Part shown: piece by piece, positions 9,250 through 18,906 of the stretch
Position numbering within the stretch: the stretch's first letter is position 1
How the letters are laid out: every line of letters begins with the position of its first letter
Made by a program: the position numbers and the translations under genes
Origin: Candidatus Micrarchaeota archaeon
Lineage (GTDB): Archaea > Micrarchaeota > Micrarchaeia > Micrarchaeales > CABMGC01
Reading direction: 5' to 3'
Length of the DNA: 64,000 bases
Assembly: GCA_021852055.1 (NCBI GenBank)
Contig: JAJZOD010000002.1
Location: forward strand, 10,536 to 74,535
The notes under the pieces: model-generated
What the model was told of the DNA's origin: nothing
The model's database searches: none
Seen by the model: the letters and a program-made list of their open reading frames with translations, nothing else

Positions 9250-9783
9250 TTATATCCTGTTTATCTTTTTGGAAGCAAATATTCTTATTATGTACTCATT
9301 AAGTGTGTTTATGCCTTTCTCCCTGTCTGCATTAAGTTCAGCAATCTCGCTGTCTGCAAAAAGGCCGCTGTTTCTCTCCACAAGCTTCGAAAGGTACTCT
9401 TTTGTCATGGAATAGAAACGCATGCCACACCTGCCGCATCTAAATATCGGCACCACAGGAACAGCCTCTAGCGCCCTTGCAGGCGCAAACTCAAGTTCTC
9501 GTATAAGCCTAGTTCCGCACTTGCCGCACTCTTTCTCAATAGTTGTTTTCGGCATTTCCTGCATTTCAGTTATTAAGAAACCCTCTTGCAGTCTCGACAT
9601 TAAAACATTATTAATGTCTGCACCATTTATATACTGTTGGTCAAGGACACCTACGTTCTTGTCAAGTTCTGTTACTAGAACCCCCTTGGCCGTCTTCTCA
9701 AAAATAAGCGTCAAAGACTGCGTTATCTCAGCCCTGTACCTTCCATCCTTTCCTAAGACCCTCAGCTTTGCTTCACTTCCCAT
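9250..9783 (-). CDS. Hypothetical Zn-ribbon protein
   Basis: CGKC and CGRC pairs; start overlaps the histone-fold gene end. Confidence 0.75.
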   Translation of the reverse strand: MGSEAKLRVLGKDGRYRAEITQSLTLIFEKTAKGVLVTELDKNVGVLDQQYINGADINNVLMSRLQEGFLITEMQEMPKTTIEKECGKCGTRLIRELEFAPARALEAVPVVPIFRCGRCGMRFYSMTKEYLSKLVERNSGLFADSEIAELNADREKGINTLNEYIIRIFASKKINRI

Positions 9784-9997
9784 TAAAATCCTGTTCCTGC
9801 ATCAAGTACTTGGCTATATCCTTTTTCGTAACTTTTACCCTTCCGTCGGTCCTGGCGTTCTTGACTGCAAAGCTCGCCATTTTGTTTGCTTTTTCTTCAA
9901 GGATGCGCGCCATCTCCTCTGCACCGTCATCTGTAATGTCAGAGCCGAAGTGTTTTTTTACCATCGCCTTTACAGAGCTGCTTGGTATGGTTGCCAT
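9773..9997 (-). CDS. Archaeal histone / histone-fold protein
   Basis: IPSSSVKAMVKK..ITDDGAEEMARILEE..A....KNA...GRVKVTKKDI follows the HMf-type fold pattern. Confidence 0.85.
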   Translation of the reverse strand: MATIPSSSVKAMVKKHFGSDITDDGAEEMARILEEKANKMASFAVKNARTDGRVKVTKKDIAKYLMQEQDFNGK

Positions 9998-10635
9998 ATT
10001 ATCAGCACTCAAGATCTTCATCATGAATCAGAAGTATGAGCTCATCACTTTATAACTTATACCAATTAACCCTTATAAATACTTGGCATATACTGGTTAT
10101 ACTAGACTTCAGGAAAATGTTACATGCCAATCATTCTATTTTATGCGATTCTAGACATCGCGTAAACGCCGGCAAATCTGCAACATAACAAGGCATAGTG
10201 ATATGGAGTTCCCAACTTTGTCGGGTGCTTTCAAAAGCAATGGTTTTATTGTTTCATATTCATTGTTGGATAGGCCAAAGCCATCAACAAATGCAAAATA
10301 GCAGGCGCAATGAAAAAGGGTCTTGAGCATCTTTTATGATGTTTTAACCGCAGAGCGGAAAGAGATCAATTTGTTGAGAGCAGCAAACGTCCATAAAAAA
10401 CCCAGTCTGTGAGACGTTTTTAAAAAAGTTTCATCAGAAATCGTTTTTCTGCATACAGAGCACGGATGAAAATTTGGCAGAAAAGATGACAGGATAGGCA
10501 CTGCAATAGCTTGCATTGTTGCTTTGCACAACCTTTTCAGAATTGACTATACCTAAATTTTGCCCCGAAGTCTCTTATTACACAAAGGTATAAATAAACA
10601 AAAAACAAAATAGTCAAAATAGATAAGGTGTTGCA

Positions 10636-10950
10636 TTGATAGAAGTCACAGACAAGAATTTTGAAAGCGAAGTGTTGAAATCCGACAAGCCCGTAGTTAT
10701 AGATTTCTGGGCTCCATGGTGCGGTCCTTGCCGTTTGCTGTCTCCGATAATAGAGGAGGTGTCAAAAGAGATGACAAGCAAGGCAAAGTTCTGCAAGATC
10801 AACACAGACGAGAATCCGCAAACTGCAGGTAAGTACAACATAATGAGTATACCGACAGTGTTGCTGTTCAAGGACGGTGAGATTGCCTCTACATCTGTCG
10901 GAGCCTTGCCCAAGGAGCAGTTCAAGCGATGGCTTGAAAAGAGCATCTGA
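10636..10950 (+). CDS. trxA: Thioredoxin
   Basis: DFWAPWCGPC, MSIPT. Confidence 0.97.
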   Translation: MIEVTDKNFESEVLKSDKPVVIDFWAPWCGPCRLLSPIIEEVSKEMTSKAKFCKINTDENPQTAGKYNIMSIPTVLLFKDGEIASTSVGALPKEQFKRWLEKSI

Positions 10951-11031
10951 TCGCCAAATCTTCCGGGCGCAGGTATTCTATCTGCCTGAAAGGCATATAT
11001 TTCTTAATAAAGAGATTTACGTATTGATAAA

Positions 11032-12327
11032 ATGGTACTTTCACTGCCACGGGGCACATCCGATTTCGGTCCAATCGATGCGATAAAGCTTAATGCAATG
11101 CGCAGCACCGTAGAGGGAGTTTTTAGGCTGTTTGGTTTTTATCCTATAGAAACGCCAGCAATAGAGCTGATGGAGGTCCTCAACGCAAAGGCTTATGGCG
11201 AAGAGTCAAAGAACGAGATATATGTGCTTGAAGGCAATGAGGAAGGCCTCCGCTACGACTTCACAGTGCCGCTCTCGCGGTTTATAGCCATGAACAAAGA
11301 CCTCCAGATGCCATTCAAAAGGTATCAGATAGGCAACATATGGCGCAAAGACGAGCCGCAGAAGATGCGCCACAGAGAGTTCATGCAAGCCGATATAGAC
11401 ATAATAGGCAGTGCAGAAGTCGCAAGCGATGCAGAAGTGATAGCTGCGGCGTCGATGGCTATAGAGCGCCTCGGACTCCATACATACAACCTGTTCTTAA
11501 ACAGCCGCGTATTCCTTGATGCAATACTTGACATGTTTAACATACCTGCAGATAAGCACAGCGCCGTAATGCGGTGCATAGACAAAATCGAGAAACTCGG
11601 CGTTGATGAAATATCATCGCAGATACAAAAGGAAGGCATAGATGTATTCAATGCCAAAGGGCTCCTCGATTTTATCACAAAGAAGTATGAAAGCAATACA
11701 ACGCTACTCATGGCTTTGGAAGCAGCAGTTCCAAAAGCCAAGGACGAGATAAAGCGCATGACAGAGCTTCTGGCCCTGCTGGAGAAGTTTGGCATAAGCG
11801 GTGCTGTCTCTATAGATTTGTCTCTTGCGCGCGGCCTTGAATATTATACTGGCGCGGTATGGGAACTTGTTGCGTTCTCGCAAGGCAAACGCCTGCCAAC
11901 TCTTGCCTCTGGAGGCAGGTACGACAAGCTCATAGGGCTATATCTAAAAAAGGATGTGCCTGCAGTCGGGTTTTCCATAGGCATAACGCGCGTGTTCGAT
12001 TTCCTTAAGGAGGGTTCATCTGCAAGAACGTATGCCACAGTTTACATAGCCTCAATAAAAAAGGAGAATCTTGAGTATGCCATAATGGTGGCAACATCGC
12101 TGCGTTCCTCAGGGATAGCCACTGACATGAACATAACAGAGCGCAGCATATCAAAGCAGATGGAGTATGCAAATGCGCTTAAAATCCCCTTTGTAATAGT
12201 GCTTGGAAACATAGAGCGCCAGTCAAACAAGGTGAAGCTGCGCAACATGCAGAACGGCGAAGAGAAGATGATGAGTGTTGAAGAGTGCATAAGCGAGCTT
12301 AAAAGCAAAAACGATGTGATGAAATGA
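11032..12327 (+). CDS. hisS: Histidyl-tRNA synthetase
   Basis: PRGTSDF, LRYDFTVPL, REFMQADID, LARGLEYYTG, SGGRYD. Confidence 0.97.
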   Translation: MVLSLPRGTSDFGPIDAIKLNAMRSTVEGVFRLFGFYPIETPAIELMEVLNAKAYGEESKNEIYVLEGNEEGLRYDFTVPLSRFIAMNKDLQMPFKRYQIGNIWRKDEPQKMRHREFMQADIDIIGSAEVASDAEVIAAASMAIERLGLHTYNLFLNSRVFLDAILDMFNIPADKHSAVMRCIDKIEKLGVDEISSQIQKEGIDVFNAKGLLDFITKKYESNTTLLMALEAAVPKAKDEIKRMTELLALLEKFGISGAVSIDLSLARGLEYYTGAVWELVAFSQGKRLPTLASGGRYDKLIGLYLKKDVPAVGFSIGITRVFDFLKEGSSARTYATVYIASIKKENLEYAIMVATSLRSSGIATDMNITERSISKQMEYANALKIPFVIVLGNIERQSNKVKLRNMQNGEEKMMSVEECISELKSKNDVMK

Positions 12328-12842
12328 GCAAATCAGAAGTAGATGAAATTACAGAGAAGACAGTTGCCAAGGGAGGGGTTCTTACAAGGCTTTATTTCGA
12401 CATGCAAAGCGAAAACCCCGAAGAGCTGCAGCCCCTTATGACCGATCTCATTAACAACCGGCTGCTAAAATCTACAGGTGTTGTATACTGCACCGGTGCA
12501 ATCGACGAGCCCATAAAGCTTGCGAACGAAAACATATACTCTACAAGCGCAATAGTCACCGCTCTTTTCAATGACATAGGCTCACTAATCAACGTTACCT
12601 TCAATTTTGCGCCTGCTGGCGTTGAAGTTCTAAAGCCTACAGGAGACTTTCATATAAAGCATGGCGATCTCCAGTCTTTGTTGCTTGATCTGTCGAACAT
12701 ATCCATAAACTACTCAAAGTACATACTGGAGAAGGTTTTGAGCAAAGAGGAGTTGGAGAAGGTAAATCGCGATATGGCACTGCGCAAGGAACTCGGCAAG
12801 AAGTTGATTGAGAAAAAAGGCGGTGCAGAGACCGGCAAATGA
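12324..12842 (+). CDS. Hypothetical protein, overlapping the hisS stop
   Basis: 172-aa ORF with ATGA overlap; FAPAGVEVLKP motif; function not recognised. Confidence 0.75.
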   Translation: MSKSEVDEITEKTVAKGGVLTRLYFDMQSENPEELQPLMTDLINNRLLKSTGVVYCTGAIDEPIKLANENIYSTSAIVTALFNDIGSLINVTFNFAPAGVEVLKPTGDFHIKHGDLQSLLLDLSNISINYSKYILEKVLSKEELEKVNRDMALRKELGKKLIEKKGGAETGK

Positions 12843-12858
12843 TGCACCCATCGCTTAC

Positions 12859-12931
12859 GCGCCAGTTGTCTAGCCTGGTAGGATTCGAGCTTCCCAAGCT
12901 CGCAGCCCGGGTTCAAATCCCGGCTGGCGCA
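12859..12931 (+). tRNA. tRNA-Gly(CCC), no intron
   Basis: GCGCCAG/CTGGCGC acceptor, CGAGC-TTCCCAA-GCTCG anticodon arm, CCGGG-TTCAAAT-CCCGG T arm. Confidence 0.97.
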
Positions 12932-12976
12932 TATACTCACTCAAGTTTGTTGCATCAGCATTGTGTAACTCCTAAT

Positions 12977-13030
12977 GCAAGCGGATCGTGGGCGTGAATC
13001 CCATACACTTTAGCTGTGAGATGATGTCAA
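12977..13030 (+). mobile_element. IS200/IS605 (TnpB-type) right-end remnant
   Basis: GCAAG..TCGTG..GAATCCCATACACTTTAGCTGTGAGATGATGTCAA: degenerate subterminal hairpin followed by GATGTCA, similar to 62998-63033. Confidence 0.65.
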
Positions 13031-13068
13031 CATATACGGCATGCAGCCGCATAAGCGCAGGTCTGGCT

Positions 13069-14184
13069 TCAGCTATTTGTTTTCATCAAGAACTTCTGGA
13101 TGTCAACTCTCTCCTTTTTCTTCCTGTGCTCTTCTAGGAATTTGTTTACTGTATCGGCGAAATGCTTCTTGTGCTCTCCGGCGAGCATTGTTCCCTTTCT
13201 CTCGGCTTCGAATATCTTTTCCAACTTCTTGTCGTCAGGCTCGAAGAAGAACCTGTAGTACTGGCACACTGCGCACTTGTCAGGGTCTCCTCCGTACTTC
13301 CTCTGCAGCTCAGCTGTCGCCTGCTGTCCTGTTAGCGCCATATTGGCTTTTCTCTCAACTGTCTTCCTGTCATCGTTGAGGTATATGGTGTTATCGGGGT
13401 CGCTTGCAGACATCTTCTGCTGCCCTTTGAGCCCTGGCATGAATATATTCTCAAGAGATGCGGGTTTATAATAGCCGAGCTTTTCTACTACATCTCTTGC
13501 TATCCTGAAGTGCACGTCCTGATCGACGCCCATCGGTATAACGCATGGCACATTTTTGTTGTCTTCAACTGATTTTATGAATGAGCCGACAGTCTGCATG
13601 CTTGTATAAAATATGGCTCCTATGTTTGTTTCATTAGTGAAGCCGAATGCGTCTTTTATAGTGGAGAATGTTATGTGCCTGGCAACGCGCACAGCCTGCC
13701 TATACATAAAATTTGCGTTCTCTATGTCAAAGAAAAACCTGGTTTTTTCAGGTTTGAACCCAAGTGCAGCTATGTTTCGCACGTCGTCCATTGCAAGTTC
13801 ACGCAGCTCCTCAAGGCTCTTGTTTTTTCTTACCAGAAACTTCTCTTCGTAAGGCACCTGCACGTATACGTCAGCGTCGAACCTGTCCTGCAGCCATTTT
13901 GCAAGCGTGAATGGGAGCAGGTGTGCTATATGCATCGAACCAGAAGGCGCTATGCCAGTGTAAACATAAAATTTCTCACCATGCTCATACTTGTCAAGTA
14001 GCCACTGCATGTCCCTGTGCGCAAAATATATGCCCCTGCTTATAAGAAAGTTAGGCTCTCCTGCCAGCCTGAAAATGCGCTCGCGAAGCTTGTCATCTAT
14101 GTGGCTTATCCCAAACCTCTTGGCAAGCTTATTATAATCTACATCACCGCTTACTTCATAAGGCGTGACCTCAAAATTCTCCAT
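13069..14184 (-). CDS. trpS: Tryptophanyl-tRNA synthetase (archaeal/eukaryal type)
   Basis: VTPYEV, FAHRD, YTGIAPS..MHIAH (HIGH), GVDQDVHFR, KMSAS. Confidence 0.96.
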   Translation of the reverse strand: MENFEVTPYEVSGDVDYNKLAKRFGISHIDDKLRERIFRLAGEPNFLISRGIYFAHRDMQWLLDKYEHGEKFYVYTGIAPSGSMHIAHLLPFTLAKWLQDRFDADVYVQVPYEEKFLVRKNKSLEELRELAMDDVRNIAALGFKPEKTRFFFDIENANFMYRQAVRVARHITFSTIKDAFGFTNETNIGAIFYTSMQTVGSFIKSVEDNKNVPCVIPMGVDQDVHFRIARDVVEKLGYYKPASLENIFMPGLKGQQKMSASDPDNTIYLNDDRKTVERKANMALTGQQATAELQRKYGGDPDKCAVCQYYRFFFEPDDKKLEKIFEAERKGTMLAGEHKKHFADTVNKFLEEHRKKKERVDIQKFLMKTNS

Positions 14185-14320
14185 TAAACCAATGCATTAT
14201 CTCTATCACAATTTATTTATAAACTTCCTCATAGCACAGGTCCGGATATGGAGGTAATCTAAATTTATGCCATCTCGTCAATGCAGTCCAAGCCTAAGCC
14301 ACACGCCGCATAAAAAGCCG

Positions 14321-14971
14321 CTACTTCCTACGCATCTCATTTTTTACGGCATCGATTTTCTCATCAACATCCCTCTTAATCTCAATAAGTTTCCGGTACT
14401 CAATTGTGTGTATCAGCCCGTTTATTACTGCAGAGCCAGCAATGGCCGTGATTATAACGCCCAAACGCTTAACATCTACGTCATTCTTCTCCAGTGCCTT
14501 ACTGAATAAAGGCAGCTGGTCGGTAATGGCTGATGGTATTGATACAGCCATTACGAACATGCACGGATACAATACATGGGTTCTAAAACGCTTCCACTCT
14601 GCCTTCAGTATCTTCCACTCCTGTACAGTTCCTGAGCAAATCTTCCCCTCTAAAACTGCAGCCCTGCTTTCTGCATCAGAGATGCCTGTTTTTACAGTGC
14701 AGGTGCTTTTGCAATAATTACTGTCTATCTCACGGGCGCGGGTTTTTGCGTATTCAAGCTGCCTGGCAAGCCTTATATTAAAGCCATCAACTGCTCCTGC
14801 TTCTGCAGAGTCAACAGCTCTAAGATAATATGCGTTCGGCATCAAAGCCATGCTGCCCCCTGCTTCAGAACCGTCGCGAAAACAGCCCAGACTTGCCGCA
14901 TTCTTTCCAGAGCGCAGGCCGCCTTCTTCTCCCCTATGCCTTAGCTTCCTTGCTCCCATTACACCACCCAT
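14321..14971 (-). CDS. Hypothetical membrane protein
   Basis: 216-aa ORF with two hydrophobic segments near the C-terminus; TATA-like element upstream. Confidence 0.6.
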   Translation of the reverse strand: MGGVMGARKLRHRGEEGGLRSGKNAASLGCFRDGSEAGGSMALMPNAYYLRAVDSAEAGAVDGFNIRLARQLEYAKTRAREIDSNYCKSTCTVKTGISDAESRAAVLEGKICSGTVQEWKILKAEWKRFRTHVLYPCMFVMAVSIPSAITDQLPLFSKALEKNDVDVKRLGVIITAIAGSAVINGLIHTIEYRKLIEIKRDVDEKIDAVKNEMRRK

Positions 14972-15134
14972 TCCCTATTAAAATGCGTGATATATACCCT
15001 TTCCGCTAAACTTCCACTACTCACACATTTGCAATATATATAAATGCTTTTCTGTTCAAATACATCCATGCTTGGCTTAAAAGTTAGAGTTAGCGACTGC
15101 TTTTTATCGCATAGCAAATTATGCAAGTGATTGA

Positions 15135-15365
15135 TTGCCAGAGAAAACTTCAAATGAAAGCATCCCGGTGCATATACTGTTAGATGCAAAAGAGGCAAAG
15201 GAGGTCTTGTCAAAATTACAGCTTAAGCATGAGAACCTGCCAAAGATATTAAGTACAGATCCCCAGGCTGTGAGCATAGGTGCCAAGCCAGGCGATGTAA
15301 TAAAAGTAAAAAGGCATGACTACGGCAGTGAATATCTTTACTACAGGTCAGTTATTGAAGGATGA
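15135..15365 (+). CDS. rpoH: RNA polymerase subunit H (Rpo5)
   Basis: PVHILL, LPKILSTDP, GAKPGDVIKVKR, YYRSVI. Confidence 0.95.
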   Translation: MPEKTSNESIPVHILLDAKEAKEVLSKLQLKHENLPKILSTDPQAVSIGAKPGDVIKVKRHDYGSEYLYYRSVIEG

Positions 15366-15559
15366 GATGCTGCAGCATCAAATGTTAGACATGCAATGCG
15401 TTCAATGCAGCAAATTTTAAATAACAGGTTTTGAATAAAAGTCCGATTAAAAAGGAAAGAACGAAAATACAAGAATGGCACCAAATGCCATGATTATGCT
15501 TCAAATCGGCAAGCTTATAAAAAGCAGCTGCCGGAAACAGGCGCAAGCCTGGTGATATA

Positions 15560-17068
15560 ATGGAAGACAAAAACATTCTGCTGAATTCGTATCTGACTCC
15601 AGCGACTCTGGTGCAGCACCAGACCGACAGTTTCAATCGCTTTTTGGATAATGGCATACTGAAAGCAATGGGAAACCAGAATCTTATAGAGCCCAGCGTA
15701 GAAGGCTTCGCGCTTAAGATAGGCAACGTAAGGCTCGGCAATCCATCCATAATAGAGGCGGACAGTTCAAGAAGAAGCATACTGCCAAATGAAGCCAGGC
15801 TCAGGAATATTACTTACGCTGCTCCGATATTCATGGAGATGGTCCCTGTCATACGAGGGATAGAGAAAACAGCGTCATACGGTGAGGTTTATGTGGGAGA
15901 CCTTCCGGTAATGGTGCGCAGCAACATATGCAACATGAAATCAATGAGCAGAAGTCAGCTGATAGAAAACGGCGAAGATCCGGACGATCAGGGGGGATAT
16001 TTCATAATAAAAGGCGTTGAGCGCGTGCTCATAGGTCTGGATGATGTTGCATCTAACCGCATAATAACAACAAAGGAGAAGAAAGGCGTGGAGGTGAAGA
16101 GCCGTGTATTCTCATCAACACCTGGCTTTAGGGCACGATGCGTAATCACAAGAAACCAGTCTGGAATATTCTCAGTAGACTTCCCAACAGTAAGCAGAAG
16201 TATAGAACTAACGCTGCTTCTTACTGCATTGGGCATGCAGGGCTCAGATATTATAAACTATGCTTCAGATATGCTTCCGTTCAAAAACGACATGCTTCTA
16301 AACATAGAGCTGAGCTCCATAAACAAGCGAGACCCAGAGAAAGGCGATGTCCATGTGCTTACCCAACCTGAGGCGTTCCTTGAGATAGGCAAGCTTGCTG
16401 CACCAGGGCAGGCGAAGGAGTACCAGATAAAGCGCGCAGAGATGCAGTTTGACAGTTATCTTTTGCCTCACATAGGCAGCAGTGCAGAATCGAGAAAAGA
16501 GAAGGCCAAATATCTTCTTGAGATGGCGAAGAAGTCAACTGCAGTTGCAAACAGGTTGATAAGGCAGGACGATAAGGATCATTATGCAAACAAAAGGACA
16601 AGGTTTGCAGGTGAGCTTATGGAAGAGCTGTTCGCATACGCCTTCAGGTTCTTCCTAAAAGAGGTCAAATATCAGATAGAGCGCATGAGCGCAAGGGGCA
16701 GGAGGCTCAGCATGCAGTCTATAATAAGCCCAGACACATTGACAGAAAAGATGGCATATGCGATGGGCACTGGAACGTGGGTTGCTGGCCAGACAGGAGT
16801 ATCGCAGGTGCTTGACAGAACAAATCTAATCAGCACATATGCGCATCTGCGGCGCGTAAAGTCTCCGCTTGCGAAGAAACATCCTCACTTCAGGGCAAGG
16901 GATGTCCATGGCACGCAGTGGGGCAAGATCTGCCCTGCCGAGAGTCCAGAAGGCCAGGAAGTAGGCCTTACTAAATATCTTGCGTTGATGTCAAAAGTTA
17001 CCGTAGGTGCAGAGGAGACCTCCGCAGAGAAGGAGATAAGGAAGCTTGCAGAGATCAAGCCGGTATAA
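15560..17068 (+). CDS. rpoB2: RNA polymerase subunit B''
   Basis: EARLRNITYAAP, GEDPDDQGGYFII.G.ERV, DDKDHYANKR, ARDVHGTQWGKICPAESPEG. Confidence 0.97.
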   Translation: MEDKNILLNSYLTPATLVQHQTDSFNRFLDNGILKAMGNQNLIEPSVEGFALKIGNVRLGNPSIIEADSSRRSILPNEARLRNITYAAPIFMEMVPVIRGIEKTASYGEVYVGDLPVMVRSNICNMKSMSRSQLIENGEDPDDQGGYFIIKGVERVLIGLDDVASNRIITTKEKKGVEVKSRVFSSTPGFRARCVITRNQSGIFSVDFPTVSRSIELTLLLTALGMQGSDIINYASDMLPFKNDMLLNIELSSINKRDPEKGDVHVLTQPEAFLEIGKLAAPGQAKEYQIKRAEMQFDSYLLPHIGSSAESRKEKAKYLLEMAKKSTAVANRLIRQDDKDHYANKRTRFAGELMEELFAYAFRFFLKEVKYQIERMSARGRRLSMQSIISPDTLTEKMAYAMGTGTWVAGQTGVSQVLDRTNLISTYAHLRRVKSPLAKKHPHFRARDVHGTQWGKICPAESPEGQEVGLTKYLALMSKVTVGAEETSAEKEIRKLAEIKPV

Positions 17069-17080
17069 CGAAGTGATTAT

Positions 17081-18898
17081 TTGGAGTCAAAAACGTATGT
17101 ATATCTGAACGGTAAGGTAATAGGGCACATAGACAACCCGCAGAAGTTCGTTGCCGAAGTGCGGGCAGCACGCCGCAAAGGGCAGATTTCAGGAGAGATA
17201 AACATAGCGCATATAGAAAAGCTGAACAGTGTTAACATAAACACGGACCGTGGCAGGCTGAGGAAGCCATACATAATAGTCGAGGGAGGCAAATCTAAAT
17301 TTACTCCTGAGCTTGCAGAGCGGATCAAAAAGAAGGAGATAAACTTTAGTTATCTGGTGCGCTCAGGCATAATCGAGTACCTTGATGCAGAAGAAGAGGA
17401 AAATGCGCTCGTAGCCATAGACGAGGCTTCTGTAACTGAGAAGAGCACGCATCTAGATTTTGACCTTACATCCATATTAGGGCTTTCAGCCAACCTTGCT
17501 CCTTATGCAGAGCACAATGCAATATCAAGGCAGGCCATGAGCGTAAACTACATGAAGCAGTCCGAAGGACTCTACGCTACAAACTTCAACCAGCGATTTG
17601 ATTCAAGGACATATGTGCTTTTCTACCCGCAGGCACCACTTATAACAACAGCGCCATATGAGGCGCTCGATGTCAAAAGGCACGCAAGCGGACAGAATCT
17701 TGTGGTTGCGCTGTCAACTTATTATGGTTATAACATGTCCGACGCACTTGTGATAAACAAGGCAGCAGTAGACCGCGGCGTCGGGCGCAGCATGTTTTAC
17801 AAGTCATATACCGATGAGGAGCGCAGATATCCTGGAGGCCAGAGAGACAGATTCAGGATGCCTCCTCCTACGTCTGAAGGCTACATGGGAGAGCATGCCT
17901 ATTCAAAACTGAGCGAAGACGGTATAATAGAACCGGAAATGGCAGTGGATGAGGGGGATGTGCTTATAGGCAAGGTAGCTCCGCCAAGATTCCTGGAAGA
18001 GAACATCGGAGCCAGCGGCCTTGAGGAGCGCACCAGAGATGATTCAGTAGTGCTGAAACCTGGAGAAAATGGCGTTGTGGACAGCATACTTTTCACAGAA
18101 ACCCCTGGAGCCACAAGGACAGTAAAGGTAAGGATAAGGAGCATAAGAATACCTGAGAAAGGCGACAAGTTCGCCAGCAGGCACGGCCAGAAGGGTGTTG
18201 TAGCACTGATAGCCAATCCGGAGGACATGCCTTTCACTGCATCCGGCATAGTTCCTGACATACTGCTGAATCCTCTCAGTATACCTTCGAGGCTTACGTT
18301 CGGCCATCTTCTTGAAGAGATAGCGGGCAAAGCCAGCGCCGTATCCGGCAATAAGTTTGATGGAACTGCTTTTACAGAGTCCGGCCGCGACAGGCTCTCA
18401 CAATACGGTGAAGTCCTAAAGTCGCACGGGTTCGATGACAACGGAAACGAGGTTCTTTACGACGGAATCACAGGAAGGCCTTTCAAGGCGAGCATATTCA
18501 CCGGGATAACATACTACTACAGGCTTTACCACATGGTAAGCAACAAGATGCAGGTAAGGAGCAGAGGCAAGGTGCAGATACTAACGCACCAGCCTACTGA
18601 AGGCAAGGCGCGTCAGGGAGCCTTGAGATTCGGGGAGATGGAACGCGATGCACTTATAGGCTACGGAGCAAGCCTTCTGCTCAAGGAGCGCATGCTTGAC
18701 CAGAGCGACAAGACGACAGTTTTGATATGCAGGCAGTGCGGCGGAATGGGGTACTACGATCACATAAAAAGAACGCAGATATGTCCTCTGTGCGGAAATT
18801 CATCCCTTGCGGAGGTAGAGATAAGCTACGCGTTCAAGGTGCTTCTTGACGAGATAAGGTCTATGCACATAATGCCGAGGGTAAAACTTAAAGAGTAA
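17081..18898 (+). CDS. rpoB1: RNA polymerase subunit B'
   Basis: GDKFASRHGQKG, PSRLTFG, RLYHMV, LRFGEMERD, C-terminal Zn ribbon. Confidence 0.97.
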   Translation: MESKTYVYLNGKVIGHIDNPQKFVAEVRAARRKGQISGEINIAHIEKLNSVNINTDRGRLRKPYIIVEGGKSKFTPELAERIKKKEINFSYLVRSGIIEYLDAEEEENALVAIDEASVTEKSTHLDFDLTSILGLSANLAPYAEHNAISRQAMSVNYMKQSEGLYATNFNQRFDSRTYVLFYPQAPLITTAPYEALDVKRHASGQNLVVALSTYYGYNMSDALVINKAAVDRGVGRSMFYKSYTDEERRYPGGQRDRFRMPPPTSEGYMGEHAYSKLSEDGIIEPEMAVDEGDVLIGKVAPPRFLEENIGASGLEERTRDDSVVLKPGENGVVDSILFTETPGATRTVKVRIRSIRIPEKGDKFASRHGQKGVVALIANPEDMPFTASGIVPDILLNPLSIPSRLTFGHLLEEIAGKASAVSGNKFDGTAFTESGRDRLSQYGEVLKSHGFDDNGNEVLYDGITGRPFKASIFTGITYYYRLYHMVSNKMQVRSRGKVQILTHQPTEGKARQGALRFGEMERDALIGYGASLLLKERMLDQSDKTTVLICRQCGGMGYYDHIKRTQICPLCGNSSLAEVEISYAFKVLLDEIRSMHIMPRVKLKE

Positions 18899-18906
18899 GT
18901 GATATT

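Noticed and set aside
12859-15100. Integrated element at tRNA-Gly
   Set aside because: No integrase and no duplicated tRNA 3' end; trpS follows directly.
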